From: Thermodesulfobacteriota bacterium
Lineage (GTDB): Bacteria > Desulfobacterota_D > UBA1144 > Nemesobacterales > UBA2774
Direction: 5' to 3'
DNA length: 43,533 bases
Assembly: GCA_039028315.1 (NCBI GenBank)
Contig: JBCCIH010000001.1
Coordinates: 1 to 43,533 of the forward strand
Position numbers and translations under genes: made by a program. Below, piece after piece: positions 10,231 to 19,276 of this stretch. The notes below the pieces were generated by a model that made no database searches, was not told the origin of the DNA, and worked only from the letters and a program-made list of their open reading frames with translations. Every line of letters starts with the position of its first letter. The stretch's first letter is position 1.

Positions 10231-11181
10231 ATGGAAAACGCAAAGATTTTCTGCGGAACTTCTAATGCGTCTTTGGCGCAGGCTATTTGCAAGTACCTAG
10301 ATGTTCCGCTCGGGAAAGCTGAAATAAGAAGGTTTAGCGATGGGGAACTTTCTACCGAAATTTCTGAGAGTGTTCGGGGGTCGCACGTTTTTGTAATACA
10401 GTCTACGTGTCCTCCTACAAATGAACATATCATGGAACTTTTAATCTTAACTGATGCTCTTAAAAGAGCTTCTGCTGGATCTGTTACAGCCGTTATACCT
10501 TATTATGGTTATGCAAGGCAGGACAGGAAAGTTAAGCCAAGAGCACCAATTTCTGCAAAGCTTGTTGCAGACCTCATAACAACCTCTGGAATTGGCCGCC
10601 TTGTCACAGTTGATCTGCATGCAGGACAAATCCAGGGCTTTTTTAATATTCCCGTAGACCACGTCTATGCAGCGCCCGTGTTACTTAAACACATAAAGGA
10701 AAATATGAACAATGAAGATCTTGTAATCGTGTCTCCAGATGCAGGTGGGATGGAGCGGGCAAGATCATTTGCCAAAGCGCTTAATGCAGGACTAGCGATG
10801 ACTGATAAGAGAAGGCCGAATCCTAATCAAGCTGAAATAATGAATGTAATAGGAGATGTTGAAGGAAAATCTGTTGTCCTGTTTGATGATTTAGTAGACA
10901 CCGCGGGTACTGCAATACAAGCGGCCAAAGCTCTACTCAATCATGGCGCCAAGAGTGCTTCACTGTGTGTTACACATGGAGTGCTTTCCGGCAACGCAGT
11001 AGAGAGGATAATAGAATCAGACCTTGATGAAGTTATAATTACAGATACTATACCCCCCAGTCAGGAAATGTTAGATTGTGAGAAATTTAAAGTACTCACG
11101 ATTGCGGATCTTTTAGGGGAGTCAATTAAAAGAATAACAACTGGAGTATCCATAAGCAGTCTTTTTGACTATGTGAATTAG
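10231..11181 (+). CDS. prs: Ribose-phosphate pyrophosphokinase
   Basis: 316 aa. Contains PYYGYARQDRK, DLHAGQIQGFF and the PRPP loop VLFDDLVDTAGT. Confidence 0.97.
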   Translation: MENAKIFCGTSNASLAQAICKYLDVPLGKAEIRRFSDGELSTEISESVRGSHVFVIQSTCPPTNEHIMELLILTDALKRASAGSVTAVIPYYGYARQDRKVKPRAPISAKLVADLITTSGIGRLVTVDLHAGQIQGFFNIPVDHVYAAPVLLKHIKENMNNEDLVIVSPDAGGMERARSFAKALNAGLAMTDKRRPNPNQAEIMNVIGDVEGKSVVLFDDLVDTAGTAIQAAKALLNHGAKSASLCVTHGVLSGNAVERIIESDLDEVIITDTIPPSQEMLDCEKFKVLTIADLLGESIKRITTGVSISSLFDYVN

Positions 11182-11202
11182 GGTACATGGAAGGAGCTTA
11201 AA

Positions 11203-11874
11203 ATGGCACAGAGCACATTAACAGTATTGAAAAGAAAAAGAATGGGAAAAAGCGGGGCTAGAGAAATAAGAAAAGAAGGCAATGTTCCTGCTGTACTATA
11301 CGGAAAAGGCACTGAGCCTATATCACTCGTCATAAATCCATCGGAGCTTAAAACCGCGCTTTCAACTGAAGCAGGCGAAAACACTCTTTTAGAGATAAAG
11401 CTAAAAGAGGGAGAAGCTAAAATTCCTAAGTTATCACTACTTAGAGAAATCCAATACGACTACTTAACCAACAAACCGATTCACTTTGATTTTCAAGCTT
11501 TAGACATGAAAGAAAAGATCACTGTAGATGTCCCTGTTAATGTAGAAGGCAGGGCTATCGGAGTTAAAAACGGCGGTATTTTAGAGGAAGTCCACAGGGT
11601 AATCAGCGTTGAGTGCCTCCCTACGAATATCCCAAATTCATTTACTATAGATATAACTGAGCTGGACATAGGTCATTCTATCCATGTTAGTGCTTTAGAG
11701 GTAGAAGATGACGTTACAATACTTTTGGATCTGGAAGATACTATTGTTACAATTCTAGCTCCTAAGGTTGAGGAAGAACCTGTTGCTGAAGAAGAAGTTG
11801 AGGGCGAAGAAGGTGCAGAAGGCGAAGAAGCTACAGAAGAAACTAAAGAAGAAGGTAGCGAAGAGGGTAGTTAA
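11203..11874 (+). CDS. rplY: 50S ribosomal protein L25 / general stress protein Ctc, with acidic C-terminal tail
   Basis: 223 aa. It has the N-terminal L25 pattern (REIRKEGNVPAVLYGKG) and a Ctc-type second domain, followed by an E/G/A-rich tail. Confidence 0.92.
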   Translation: MAQSTLTVLKRKRMGKSGAREIRKEGNVPAVLYGKGTEPISLVINPSELKTALSTEAGENTLLEIKLKEGEAKIPKLSLLREIQYDYLTNKPIHFDFQALDMKEKITVDVPVNVEGRAIGVKNGGILEEVHRVISVECLPTNIPNSFTIDITELDIGHSIHVSALEVEDDVTILLDLEDTIVTILAPKVEEEPVAEEEVEGEEGAEGEEATEETKEEGSEEGS

Positions 11875-11879
11875 CCCTA

Positions 11880-12482
11880 ATGATATTAATCGTTGGACTT
11901 GGGAACCCTGGAAAGAAGTACACAGAGACCAAACACAATGTTGGTTTTTTAGTATTAGATGAATTAGGAAAAAGGGTTGGAGTTGATATTGGGAAGGAAA
12001 AGTTTTTAAGTTTATGCGGTGAGGGTTTTGTAGAAGACAAAAAAATTCTATTGATAAAGCCGCAAACTTTTATGAACCGCAGCGGGGATGCGGTAATAAG
12101 TGCTTCGAATTTTTATAAGATTTCCCCAAAAGAGATTATTGTGGTACATGATGAAATGGACATTTCGCTTGGCAGAATAATGATAAAACCAGGCGGGGGA
12201 AGCGCCGGGAATAATGGGATAAAATCTATTATTTCAAATCTTGGTACTAAAGACTTTATAAGGGTTAGAATAGGCATTGGAAAACCTTCTAATAAAGAAC
12301 AAGGCGCAAATCATGTGCTATCGAGTTTTAGTAAAAGTGAGTCTGAAAGGATAGAAGATACAATTATGACAGCTAGTGATGCAGTATTAGAAATAATTAA
12401 TAATGGTCTTCAAAGCGCTATGAATAAATACAACGTAAAAACTAGAAATAACGAAAACATAGAACAAACAAGTTCTCATTAA
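11880..12482 (+). CDS. pth: Peptidyl-tRNA hydrolase
   Basis: Contains MILIVGLGNPGKKYTETKHNVGF, PQTFMNRSGD and VVHDEMD motifs. Confidence 0.95.
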   Translation: MILIVGLGNPGKKYTETKHNVGFLVLDELGKRVGVDIGKEKFLSLCGEGFVEDKKILLIKPQTFMNRSGDAVISASNFYKISPKEIIVVHDEMDISLGRIMIKPGGGSAGNNGIKSIISNLGTKDFIRVRIGIGKPSNKEQGANHVLSSFSKSESERIEDTIMTASDAVLEIINNGLQSAMNKYNVKTRNNENIEQTSSH

Positions 12483-12500
12483 TTAAAGGAGGTAAGTAAA

Positions 12501-14543
12501 ATGGGAGAAGTAATAGCAGCCCTGTTTGGGCTAGTCTTAGGTGTAATTGTCTTAGGATATGCCTATCTCGTATACCGCGAGATTAAAGCTCTTGATGAAG
12601 GCAATGACACAATGAAGGAAATCTCTTCCGCAATTCACGACGGAGCGATGGTCTTCTTAAATCGAGAATACAGGATAATAGGGATATTTGTCGTTATAGT
12701 CTTTATACTTCTTGGAATTTTCATTGGCTGGAAAGCGGCGATCGCATATATTGGCGGTGCTATTTGCTCTATTCTTGCTGGATTCTTTGGAATGAAATCA
12801 GCAACAAAAGCAAACGTTAGAACTGCTCAGGCCGCAGCCACTGAAGGACAAGGCAAAGCCCTATCAGTTGCATTTAAAGGCGGAAACGTAATGGGATTAT
12901 CCGTTGCGGGATTAGGACTTTTAGGACTCTCAGTAGCCTTTACATTTGGTATCGGGCTTCCCGATAATCCTGGTGACCCTTCAGCACTCGCATTATTTGC
13001 TCAAAATTTTGGTGAAGTAATCGGTGGATTTGCAATGGGTGCAAGTACAGTTGCACTATTCGCAAGAATCGGCGGAGGTATCTTTACGAAGGCCGCTGAT
13101 GTTGGAGCCGACTTAGTTGGTAAAGTAGAAGCCGGTATCCCAGAGGATGACCCCCGTAACCCTGCCACAATCGCAGACAACGTTGGAGATAACGTAGGAG
13201 ACGTTGCCGGTATGGGTGCTGACCTTTTTGAATCATATGTCGGCGCTGTTATCGCAACAATGGTTATTGCAGCAGGAATGGGCGGAAATGAAATTGCACT
13301 TATGTCTATCCCGATAATTCTTATCGCTGTAGGTAGCTTCTCATCAATCATTGGCTCGAAAAGCGTAGAGTGGATGAAGAACCTAGAGCCGCAGCTGGTA
13401 CTTAGACGAGCCACATTCTATGCTGGTGGAATTTATCTTGGACTCTCGCTTATCATTCTTCTAATCGTAGGACTAGTAGATGGTATAGGCGGCTACATAA
13501 TTTGGATATGGTTAGCTGCAGTCTTGGGACTTTTGGCTGGTATTGCAATTGGGCTATTAACTGAATATTACACGTCCGGATCTCCGGTTAAAAAAATTGC
13601 AGAAGCATCTCAAACCGGTGTTGCTACCAATATTATTGAGGGACTTGCAGTTGGTATGGTAAGTACGACAGCTCCAGTGATTGTAATCGCAATTGCTATC
13701 GGCGTATCATATGCGTTTGCCGGACTTTACGGAATAGGAATCGCAGCTGTAAGTATGCTAGCAACAATCGGTATCACCATGTCTGTTGATGCATACGGCC
13801 CTGTAGCAGATAACGCAGGCGGTATTGCTGAGATGTCTGAGCTTGGAGAAGATGTAAGAAAAATAACAGATAAACTTGACTCACTTGGAAACACTACTGC
13901 TGCTATAGGAAAAGGATTTGCAATTGGCTCAGCTGCACTAGCTGCTCTTGCTCTATTTGCAGCATTCACTAAAGCAGTTGGTCTAGAATCAATTGACCTA
14001 ACCCGAAGCAACGTTGTTACTGGTATGCTGCTTGGCGGCACCTTGCCGTTTCTACTCGGCGCCCTAACAATGGGAGCTGTTGGAAGATCGGCACAGAAAA
14101 TGGTAGAAGAGGTTAGAAGACAGTTTAGAGAAATCTCAGGACTACTCGAAGGTGAGGCAAAACCTGATTACGCCAGATGCGTATCAATCAGTACAGATGC
14201 TTCTCTTAGAGAAATGATCATTCCTGGGATAATTGCTGTTGTAGCCCCAATTGTTATAGGGCTTATTCTTGGCGCTGAAGGACTAGGCGGATTCCTAGCA
14301 GGAGCTATCGTATCAGGTGTTATGTTAGCACTTATGATGGCAAACTCCGGAGGAGCTTGGGACAACGCTAAGAAATATATTGAAGAAGGCAACCTAGGTG
14401 GAAAAGGATCTGACGCTCACCACGCAGCAGTTGTAGGTGACACAATTGGTGATCCGTTCAAGGATACTTCAGGACCTGCAATGAACATTTTAATTAAACT
14501 TATGTCAATTGTATCACTAGTGGTTGCACCACTACTTATTTGA
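12501..14543 (+). CDS. hppA: Membrane-integral ion-translocating pyrophosphatase (K+-dependent type by signature)
   Basis: 680 aa and polytopic. Contains [42 protein letters not shown] and [22 protein letters not shown]. Confidence 0.97.
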   Translation: MGEVIAALFGLVLGVIVLGYAYLVYREIKALDEGNDTMKEISSAIHDGAMVFLNREYRIIGIFVVIVFILLGIFIGWKAAIAYIGGAICSILAGFFGMKSATKANVRTAQAAATEGQGKALSVAFKGGNVMGLSVAGLGLLGLSVAFTFGIGLPDNPGDPSALALFAQNFGEVIGGFAMGASTVALFARIGGGIFTKAADVGADLVGKVEAGIPEDDPRNPATIADNVGDNVGDVAGMGADLFESYVGAVIATMVIAAGMGGNEIALMSIPIILIAVGSFSSIIGSKSVEWMKNLEPQLVLRRATFYAGGIYLGLSLIILLIVGLVDGIGGYIIWIWLAAVLGLLAGIAIGLLTEYYTSGSPVKKIAEASQTGVATNIIEGLAVGMVSTTAPVIVIAIAIGVSYAFAGLYGIGIAAVSMLATIGITMSVDAYGPVADNAGGIAEMSELGEDVRKITDKLDSLGNTTAAIGKGFAIGSAALAALALFAAFTKAVGLESIDLTRSNVVTGMLLGGTLPFLLGALTMGAVGRSAQKMVEEVRRQFREISGLLEGEAKPDYARCVSISTDASLREMIIPGIIAVVAPIVIGLILGAEGLGGFLAGAIVSGVMLALMMANSGGAWDNAKKYIEEGNLGGKGSDAHHAAVVGDTIGDPFKDTSGPAMNILIKLMSIVSLVVAPLLI

Positions 14544-14554
14544 TGAAAACAACT

Positions 14555-14584
14555 AAAGGATGCGGCCCAAAGGCTGCATCCTTT
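14555..14584 (+). terminator. Stem-loop after hppA
   Basis: AAAGGATGCGGCC-CAAA-GGCTGCATCCTTT is a 13-bp stem with one G-U pair. The following tract is A/T-rich but not a clean U-run. Confidence 0.45.
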
Positions 14585-14640
14585 AAATTAGTGTTAACAA
14601 ACCGGTAAATCCGGGTAAAATATTTGAAGAGTAAAATAAT

Positions 14641-14695
14641 CTGTCGCTCTGATAAATGCCAAATACTACGATCAGGGCCCAAACGACCGAGACAG
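14641..14695 (+). promoter_or_regulatory. Structured rpsF 5' leader (candidate S6:S18 autoregulatory element)
   Basis: There are nested stems CUGUC...GACAG and CUCUGAU...AUCAGGG directly abutting the GGAGG Shine-Dalgarno of rpsF. Confidence 0.3.
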
Positions 14696-14708
14696 GAGGT
14701 AGTACAAA

Positions 14709-15161
14709 ATGGCAGTTACGCCGAACTATTATGAAACGCTTTATCTAACCAGACCTGATTTATCCGAAGAGGACCTGGGCAAAATCCAACAAAAACTTCT
14801 AGATTCAATTTCAGCAAACGAAGGTGAAATTGTAAGGGATGAAAAGTGGGCTGAAAGAGACTTAGCATACGAAATTCAGGACCATAAAAGGGGTATTTAC
14901 TACATACTTGTATTCAAGGCTCTACCAAATGCAAGCAGAGAAGTAGAAAATCACCTAAAGTTCTACAATACTGACGTTCTTAGATTCATGACATTAAAAA
15001 TTTCAGAGGAAGCTGCGAACAAACATAAGCCTCAGGAGAAGCAAGAAAAAGCTACAGAGCCTGCTCCTACTCCACCTACGCCACCTACAGCTCCAACAGC
15101 AAGTGCGGAACCAACACCACAGGCAGCTGACACACCAGAAGAAGAAGGAGGAACAAACTAA
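14709..15161 (+). CDS. rpsF: 30S ribosomal protein S6 with Pro/Thr/Ala-rich then acidic tail
   Basis: [15 protein letters not shown]...[14 protein letters not shown]...G.YYILVF is the S6 signature. The tail is ...[31 protein letters not shown]. Confidence 0.93.
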   Translation: MAVTPNYYETLYLTRPDLSEEDLGKIQQKLLDSISANEGEIVRDEKWAERDLAYEIQDHKRGIYYILVFKALPNASREVENHLKFYNTDVLRFMTLKISEEAANKHKPQEKQEKATEPAPTPPTPPTAPTASAEPTPQAADTPEEEGGTN

Positions 15162-15397
15162 TGGATTCAAGAAGAGACAGAAGATATTTTTCTAAACCGA
15201 AGGTTTGTAGATTTTGTACAGAATCTATAGAGATGGATTATAAAGATGTAGATATGCTAGCTAGATACATAACAGATAGGAAAAAAATAGTTCCGAAAAG
15301 AAATTCAGGTCTTTGTGCTTATTGTCAAAGACAGCTTGCTACAACAATTAAAAGAGCAAGGTTTATGGCACTTCTGCCTTACACAGTGCTTCATTAA
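15161..15397 (+). CDS. rpsR: 30S ribosomal protein S18
   Basis: 78 aa. Contains CRFCTE...[43 protein letters not shown]. The start shares 1 nt with the rpsF stop (TAATG). Confidence 0.95.
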   Translation: MDSRRDRRYFSKPKVCRFCTESIEMDYKDVDMLARYITDRKKIVPKRNSGLCAYCQRQLATTIKRARFMALLPYTVLH

Positions 15398-15455
15398 GGT
15401 GTAATAGCAAGAGAATAGGATTAATTAAAAGATATAAGTCGGAGGTCTAAATACA

Positions 15456-16106
15456 ATGAGGGTTATACTAACTACAGATGTCGACTCAGTTGGTAAAATG
15501 GGTGAAATCAAAGAAGTTAAAAGCGGAATGGCAAGGAATTTTCTAATTCCACAAAAATTAGCTATAAGAGCAACTCCTGGAAACATTAAAGTTTGGGAGC
15601 AAAAAAGTAAGATTATTCAAAAAAGAGAAGAAACGCTTAGAACTGAGGCTCAGGGATTTGCTTCAAATCTCGATGGAGCTAGCGTTAGCACAATAGTAAA
15701 AGTTGGTGAGGAAAACAAGATGTTTGGCTCTGTGACCTCCCAAAATATTTCAGATCTCCTTGCTGAACAGGGATTTGAAGTCTCAAGAAAGAGCATCGAT
15801 CTTGGAAGCCCGATTAAAGAGCTTGGTGTTCATGAGCTTAAAGTAAAACTCTATCAGGAAGTACATGCCACTATAACTGTTGACGTTCAAGGTGAAGACG
15901 CTGACGGTAACATTGTAGAGTTAATTGAGGAGCCGGAAGCTCCTGTTGAAGAACAGGCAGTAGAAGAGCAGGAAGCTCAGAACGAAGAAATCGAAGCTAG
16001 CGAAGAAGTTGAAGCCGCATCAGAACCTGAGGCACAAGAAGAAGCCGAAGAATCTCCAGAGGAAGCGGCTGAGGAAGAAGAGCAGGAAGAAGCACCTAAA
16101 GAATAA
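15456..16106 (+). CDS. rplI: 50S ribosomal protein L9 with a roughly 65-aa acidic C-terminal extension
   Basis: MRVILTTDVDSVGKMGEIKEVKSGMARNFLIPQKLA is the L9 N-domain. A C-domain follows, then an E/A/Q-rich tail. Confidence 0.95.
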   Translation: MRVILTTDVDSVGKMGEIKEVKSGMARNFLIPQKLAIRATPGNIKVWEQKSKIIQKREETLRTEAQGFASNLDGASVSTIVKVGEENKMFGSVTSQNISDLLAEQGFEVSRKSIDLGSPIKELGVHELKVKLYQEVHATITVDVQGEDADGNIVELIEEPEAPVEEQAVEEQEAQNEEIEASEEVEAASEPEAQEEAEESPEEAAEEEEQEEAPKE

Positions 16107-16108
16107 TC

Positions 16109-16942
16109 TTACTGCGATCCAAGCTGAAGCATTTCTTCTAACTCAACTTTTTTATAACCCAAAGGCGCCTCGAATTCGGCACTATCTATATTTTTATTTG
16201 ACACCTTAGCAGTATTTTCCACAATTGCGTTTCCGTATTTTGGATAGTCAATTATTTTCATTGGAAAACCTGATTTAAATACCTCTATATAAGCTTTTTC
16301 TATTTCATCAGATGAGTTGTTATTTGTAAGAAAATTATGCTCAATCTGAGTAAGTTCGCTTAGATATTTACTCATTTTATTCAGATCTAGTTCATTAGCG
16401 AATCGCTCATCGGAAGTAACCCATAGCTCTTCGTATAGTTGTCCGTCTTTATATATTTCATATTTTGCCGATTCATATCCTGCTACCTTGCTTGTGTCAC
16501 CGGTTCTTTTAACAGTTATTTCAGAAGAGCCCGGGTTGTTAGCGGGCATGTTTATACCCTGTCTTTTCATCATTGCCTCTGCTTGTGCTCTTTTATTTGG
16601 AGGGAGCTCTGAGAGCTGCTCGCGCATCGCAGATTCCATTTTCTTTGCATACTGTTTGTAGTAGTCAAAATAGTCCTCTGCTTTAGTTGTTGAATAAGTT
16701 CTCGATACATTATCTACTTGAATCATCTGCCCAGAATTAAGATCAAATATAGCGTAAAACTGACCCTGCTCGTCAAAGAACTTCATCTTGTTTTCTTGTA
16801 TGTATATAGTTGCTTTAACTCTTTGAGAGTTATTTTGTTCATATTTCTCCCTTTCAACTATAAGCCCCGCAAAAGATTGATTTGAAGCAAATAATACAAA
16901 TACTAAAATTAAAATCAGTGACTTAATGAAACCAGCCATCAA
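16109..16942 (-). CDS. Secreted hypothetical protein (possibly DUF4412-like)
   Basis: 277 aa with a signal peptide (LILILVFVLFASNQSFA). I recognise no catalytic motif. The family guess is from memory only. Confidence 0.55.
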   Translation of the reverse strand: MMAGFIKSLILILVFVLFASNQSFAGLIVEREKYEQNNSQRVKATIYIQENKMKFFDEQGQFYAIFDLNSGQMIQVDNVSRTYSTTKAEDYFDYYKQYAKKMESAMREQLSELPPNKRAQAEAMMKRQGINMPANNPGSSEITVKRTGDTSKVAGYESAKYEIYKDGQLYEELWVTSDERFANELDLNKMSKYLSELTQIEHNFLTNNNSSDEIEKAYIEVFKSGFPMKIIDYPKYGNAIVENTAKVSNKNIDSAEFEAPLGYKKVELEEMLQLGSQ

Positions 16943-16965
16943 TGTACCTCCGTGACAATAGGGGA

Positions 16966-17039
16966 TTGAATGAAAATTTAGGATGGGTAATAAAATAACT
17001 TATAAACTGTTTATAAGCCAGATTTAAGATTTTCATCAA
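16966..17039. promoter_or_regulatory. Nested palindrome in the divergent intergenic region
   Basis: The inner element is a perfect 9-1-9 palindrome, CTTATAAAC-T-GTTTATAAG (16999-17017). The outer arms are TTGAATGAAAAT / ATTTTCATCAA, with one bulge. Confidence 0.3.
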
Positions 17040-17068
17040 AGAATAAGCTAGAGCTGCATTTAAGTCTA

Positions 17069-17096
17069 TTGACGCACCCCCAATCTGTGATAGATT
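17069..17096 (+). promoter_or_regulatory. Candidate sigma-70 promoter for thi4
   Basis: TTGACG-N16-TAGATT about 40 nt upstream of the thi4 ATG. A GGAGG Shine-Dalgarno lies at 17123-17127. Confidence 0.3.
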
Positions 17097-17137
17097 AAAA
17101 CGGACTAATTGAGTGATTTTACGGAGGTATTTTTTTA

Positions 17138-17947
17138 ATGGCTGAGACAACCAAGTTTGCCCCAATCGGTGAGAAAGAAGTAACCAGAGCGATTGTTGAG
17201 GGCTTTTCAAATGAATTTAACGAATACATTGATAGTGATGTAATAGTTGTTGGAGCAGGGCCAAGCGGCCTTGTGGCAGCAAAAGATATTGCGAAAGCAA
17301 AATACAAAGTGCTATTAGTTGAGAGAATGAACTATTTAGGCGGCGGATTTTGGATTGGCGGCTATCTAATGAATAAAGTTACTGTTAGAACACCAGGAAA
17401 TGAGGTTCTTGACGAAATTGAGGTTCCATATGAAGAAGTTGAGCCTGGACTATGCGTTGCTGATGGTCCTTATGCTTGCTCAAAATTAATCGCTATGACT
17501 TGCGAAGCTGGAGCTAAGATTCGTAACATGACTATGTTTGATGATCTTGTATACAGAGAGAACGGACGTGTGGCAGGGATCGTAATTAACTGGACCCCAA
17601 TTGCAAATATGCCAAAAGAAATCACATGTCTCGACCCTATTGCTATAGAGTCCAAGCTAGTAATTGATGCAACCGGGCATGATGCTTACTGTGTTAACAG
17701 ACTCTCTCAGCAGGGGCTTTATAAAAAGCTGCCAGGGCATGGCTCTATGTGGGTTGAGAAATCCGAGGAAGCACTGGTTGAGTACACTGGACTTGTTCAC
17801 CCTGGACTTATTGCCTGCGGAATGTCAGTAAATACAACATATGGTCTTCCAAGAATGGGGCCAACATTCGGTGGAATGCTGCTCTCAGGAAAAAAAGCGG
17901 CCGAGGTTGCCATAGACATTCTTAAAAACGGCGACGGAAAAGGCTAA
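17138..17947 (+). CDS. thi4: Thiamine thiazole synthase, THI4 (eukaryote/archaea-type) family
   Basis: 269 aa. Contains DVIVVGAGPSGLVAAKDIAK, LGGGFWIGG, VINWTPI...ITCLDP, VIDATGHDA and RMGPTFGGMLLSGKKAAE. Confidence 0.9.
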   Translation: MAETTKFAPIGEKEVTRAIVEGFSNEFNEYIDSDVIVVGAGPSGLVAAKDIAKAKYKVLLVERMNYLGGGFWIGGYLMNKVTVRTPGNEVLDEIEVPYEEVEPGLCVADGPYACSKLIAMTCEAGAKIRNMTMFDDLVYRENGRVAGIVINWTPIANMPKEITCLDPIAIESKLVIDATGHDAYCVNRLSQQGLYKKLPGHGSMWVEKSEEALVEYTGLVHPGLIACGMSVNTTYGLPRMGPTFGGMLLSGKKAAEVAIDILKNGDGKG

Positions 17948-17978
17948 GACTAACAATTAATAAAGCTTAATATAAAAC

Positions 17979-18011
17979 AGGGAGAGTAATGAGAGTTGCT
18001 CTCCTTTTTTT
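17979..18011 (+). terminator. Rho-independent terminator after thi4
   Basis: AGGGAGAG...CTCTCCT, with an inner GAGAG-TTG-CTCTC, followed by a T7 run. Confidence 0.5.
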
Positions 18012-18792
18012 ACGTAATTTTTAGATTTATTTTGCACTTATCACATAGAGTTCCTTCATACTGAACCTTCAACACTTCCTCTTGCCAGTGCGAGTTAGTA
18101 AGACAGCAGCCAGGATCATTGCAAAAAGCGCTGCCGGTCATTTCGTATCCTATTACTTGTAGAGCGTAAGACACAAGAATCGAAGATATCTTTGTATCGT
18201 CATACCTAACAAATCTACCCTCGTACATAGATTCAAGCTCACTCGTATCCATACCGCTTTGAATCAACCTTCCTCTAACGTAGTAGTACTCTCTGGGTTT
18301 TGCCGGCGCCTCAACCAAACCTGATGTAGAAATTAGAGAAGGTGCTCCCATCAATACCACCCTTGCGTGGTAGCGTCTTTGTTCGAAAGTGCCAAAAAGT
18401 CTGCTGGTAAAAATTAAATTTATTTCATTACTTGCTATCTCACCGGGAACTTTTTCAAAAAGCAGGCGATACAATATTCTCTGCATCCATAAAGCATCAT
18501 AAAATTTTCCTAAGGTGCTCTGAGAACCTTTTAGTTTATTGATCTCCTGCTCGATTTCTAAACCTTGAGTATTAGGACTTTCTAATGGAGATTCGATATC
18601 TGAAATATAGGTGGATGATAAATCTCTTGCGAGCTCGTATAGCTCTTTTTCAGATAGGGATAGATATTCTACGAGATTGCCTCTTTTCTCAACTAAAAAG
18701 CCCAGCTCACTAAGTTTGTCTGAAATGTAATCCGTATCAAGTGAACTCGAGGGATAATCAGTATAGAGAACTAGCCTAATGTCACGTTTCAT
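18010..18792 (-). CDS. Hypothetical protein with archaemetzincin-like C-terminal Cys motif but no HExxH
   Basis: 260 aa. The C-terminus reads GSAFCNDPGCCLTNSHWQEEVLKVQYEGTLCDKC, which fits G-X3-C-X4-C-X-[M/L]-X17-18-C-X2-C. Confidence 0.55.
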   Translation of the reverse strand: MKRDIRLVLYTDYPSSSLDTDYISDKLSELGFLVEKRGNLVEYLSLSEKELYELARDLSSTYISDIESPLESPNTQGLEIEQEINKLKGSQSTLGKFYDALWMQRILYRLLFEKVPGEIASNEINLIFTSRLFGTFEQRRYHARVVLMGAPSLISTSGLVEAPAKPREYYYVRGRLIQSGMDTSELESMYEGRFVRYDDTKISSILVSYALQVIGYEMTGSAFCNDPGCCLTNSHWQEEVLKVQYEGTLCDKCKINLKIT

Positions 18793-18808
18793 CAGGGGTA
18801 AGATAACA

Positions 18809-19276
18809 TTAGACTTTGATTTCTGCTATTACCTCAATCTCAACGGGAGAATCTGCGGGAAGCTCCGATACACCGACTGCTACTCTTGCGTGCTTACCCA
18901 CCTCGCCAAATACCTCAAAGAATAACTCAGATGCGCCGTTTACTACTCCTGCTTGAGTATTGAATCCCGGGGCACTTGAGACATAGCCTGTAATTTTGAC
19001 AATTCTGCTGAACTTAGAAAAACCTTGTGTATTTTTACCTAAAACTGAAAGTGCATTGATAGAAGCCAGTCTGGCAGCTTGATAAGCTTGCTCTAGAGTA
19101 ACATCTGAGCCCACCTTGCCCTTGTACTGAAGGTTGCCGTCTTTAAGAGGAAGTTGTCCGGAAATAAATATAAGATTTCCAGAGATTACTGCCGGTATAT
19201 AGGCTCCCAAAGGCTCTGGAGGCTCTGGGAGCTTAATCCCTAGTTCTTCTAACCTATCATTAACTTTTGTCATCAT
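18809..19276 (-). CDS. RidA/YjgF/UK114 family protein
   Basis: 155 aa. The fold pattern ...GNLIFISGQLP...ITGYV...ARVAVGVSELPADSPVEIEVIAE is typical of the family. Confidence 0.88.
   Translation of the reverse strand: MMTKVNDRLEELGIKLPEPPEPLGAYIPAVISGNLIFISGQLPLKDGNLQYKGKVGSDVTLEQAYQAARLASINALSVLGKNTQGFSKFSRIVKITGYVSSAPGFNTQAGVVNGASELFFEVFGEVGKHARVAVGVSELPADSPVEIEVIAEIKV

Noticed and set aside
11768-11962. Lys-rich 64-aa ORF overlapping the rplY tail and the pth start. A similar ORF lies at 16009-16209 over the rplI tail.
   Set aside because: These are alternative-frame readings of GAA/GAG-rich acidic-tail coding sequence.
12501-14543. Antisense ORFs inside hppA (13001-13414, 13727-14041, 14168-14392). 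The same type occurs inside mnmG, rpoD, clpA, the helicase, the ECF and Znu genes and elsewhere.
   Set aside because: These are shadow ORFs lying wholly inside strongly supported genes. Their Pro/Ser/Ala/Ile-rich translations have no domain features.
16943-17137. Possible TPP riboswitch upstream of thi4. GGGGGTGCG occurs on the minus strand, and ACCCCC...AATCTG occurs on the plus strand.
   Set aside because: The GGGGUGC-like element is on the wrong strand for thi4. There is no CUGAGA, and the spacing of the ACCC and AACCUGAUC-like elements does not fit the THI-box. Only a covariance-model search could overturn this.
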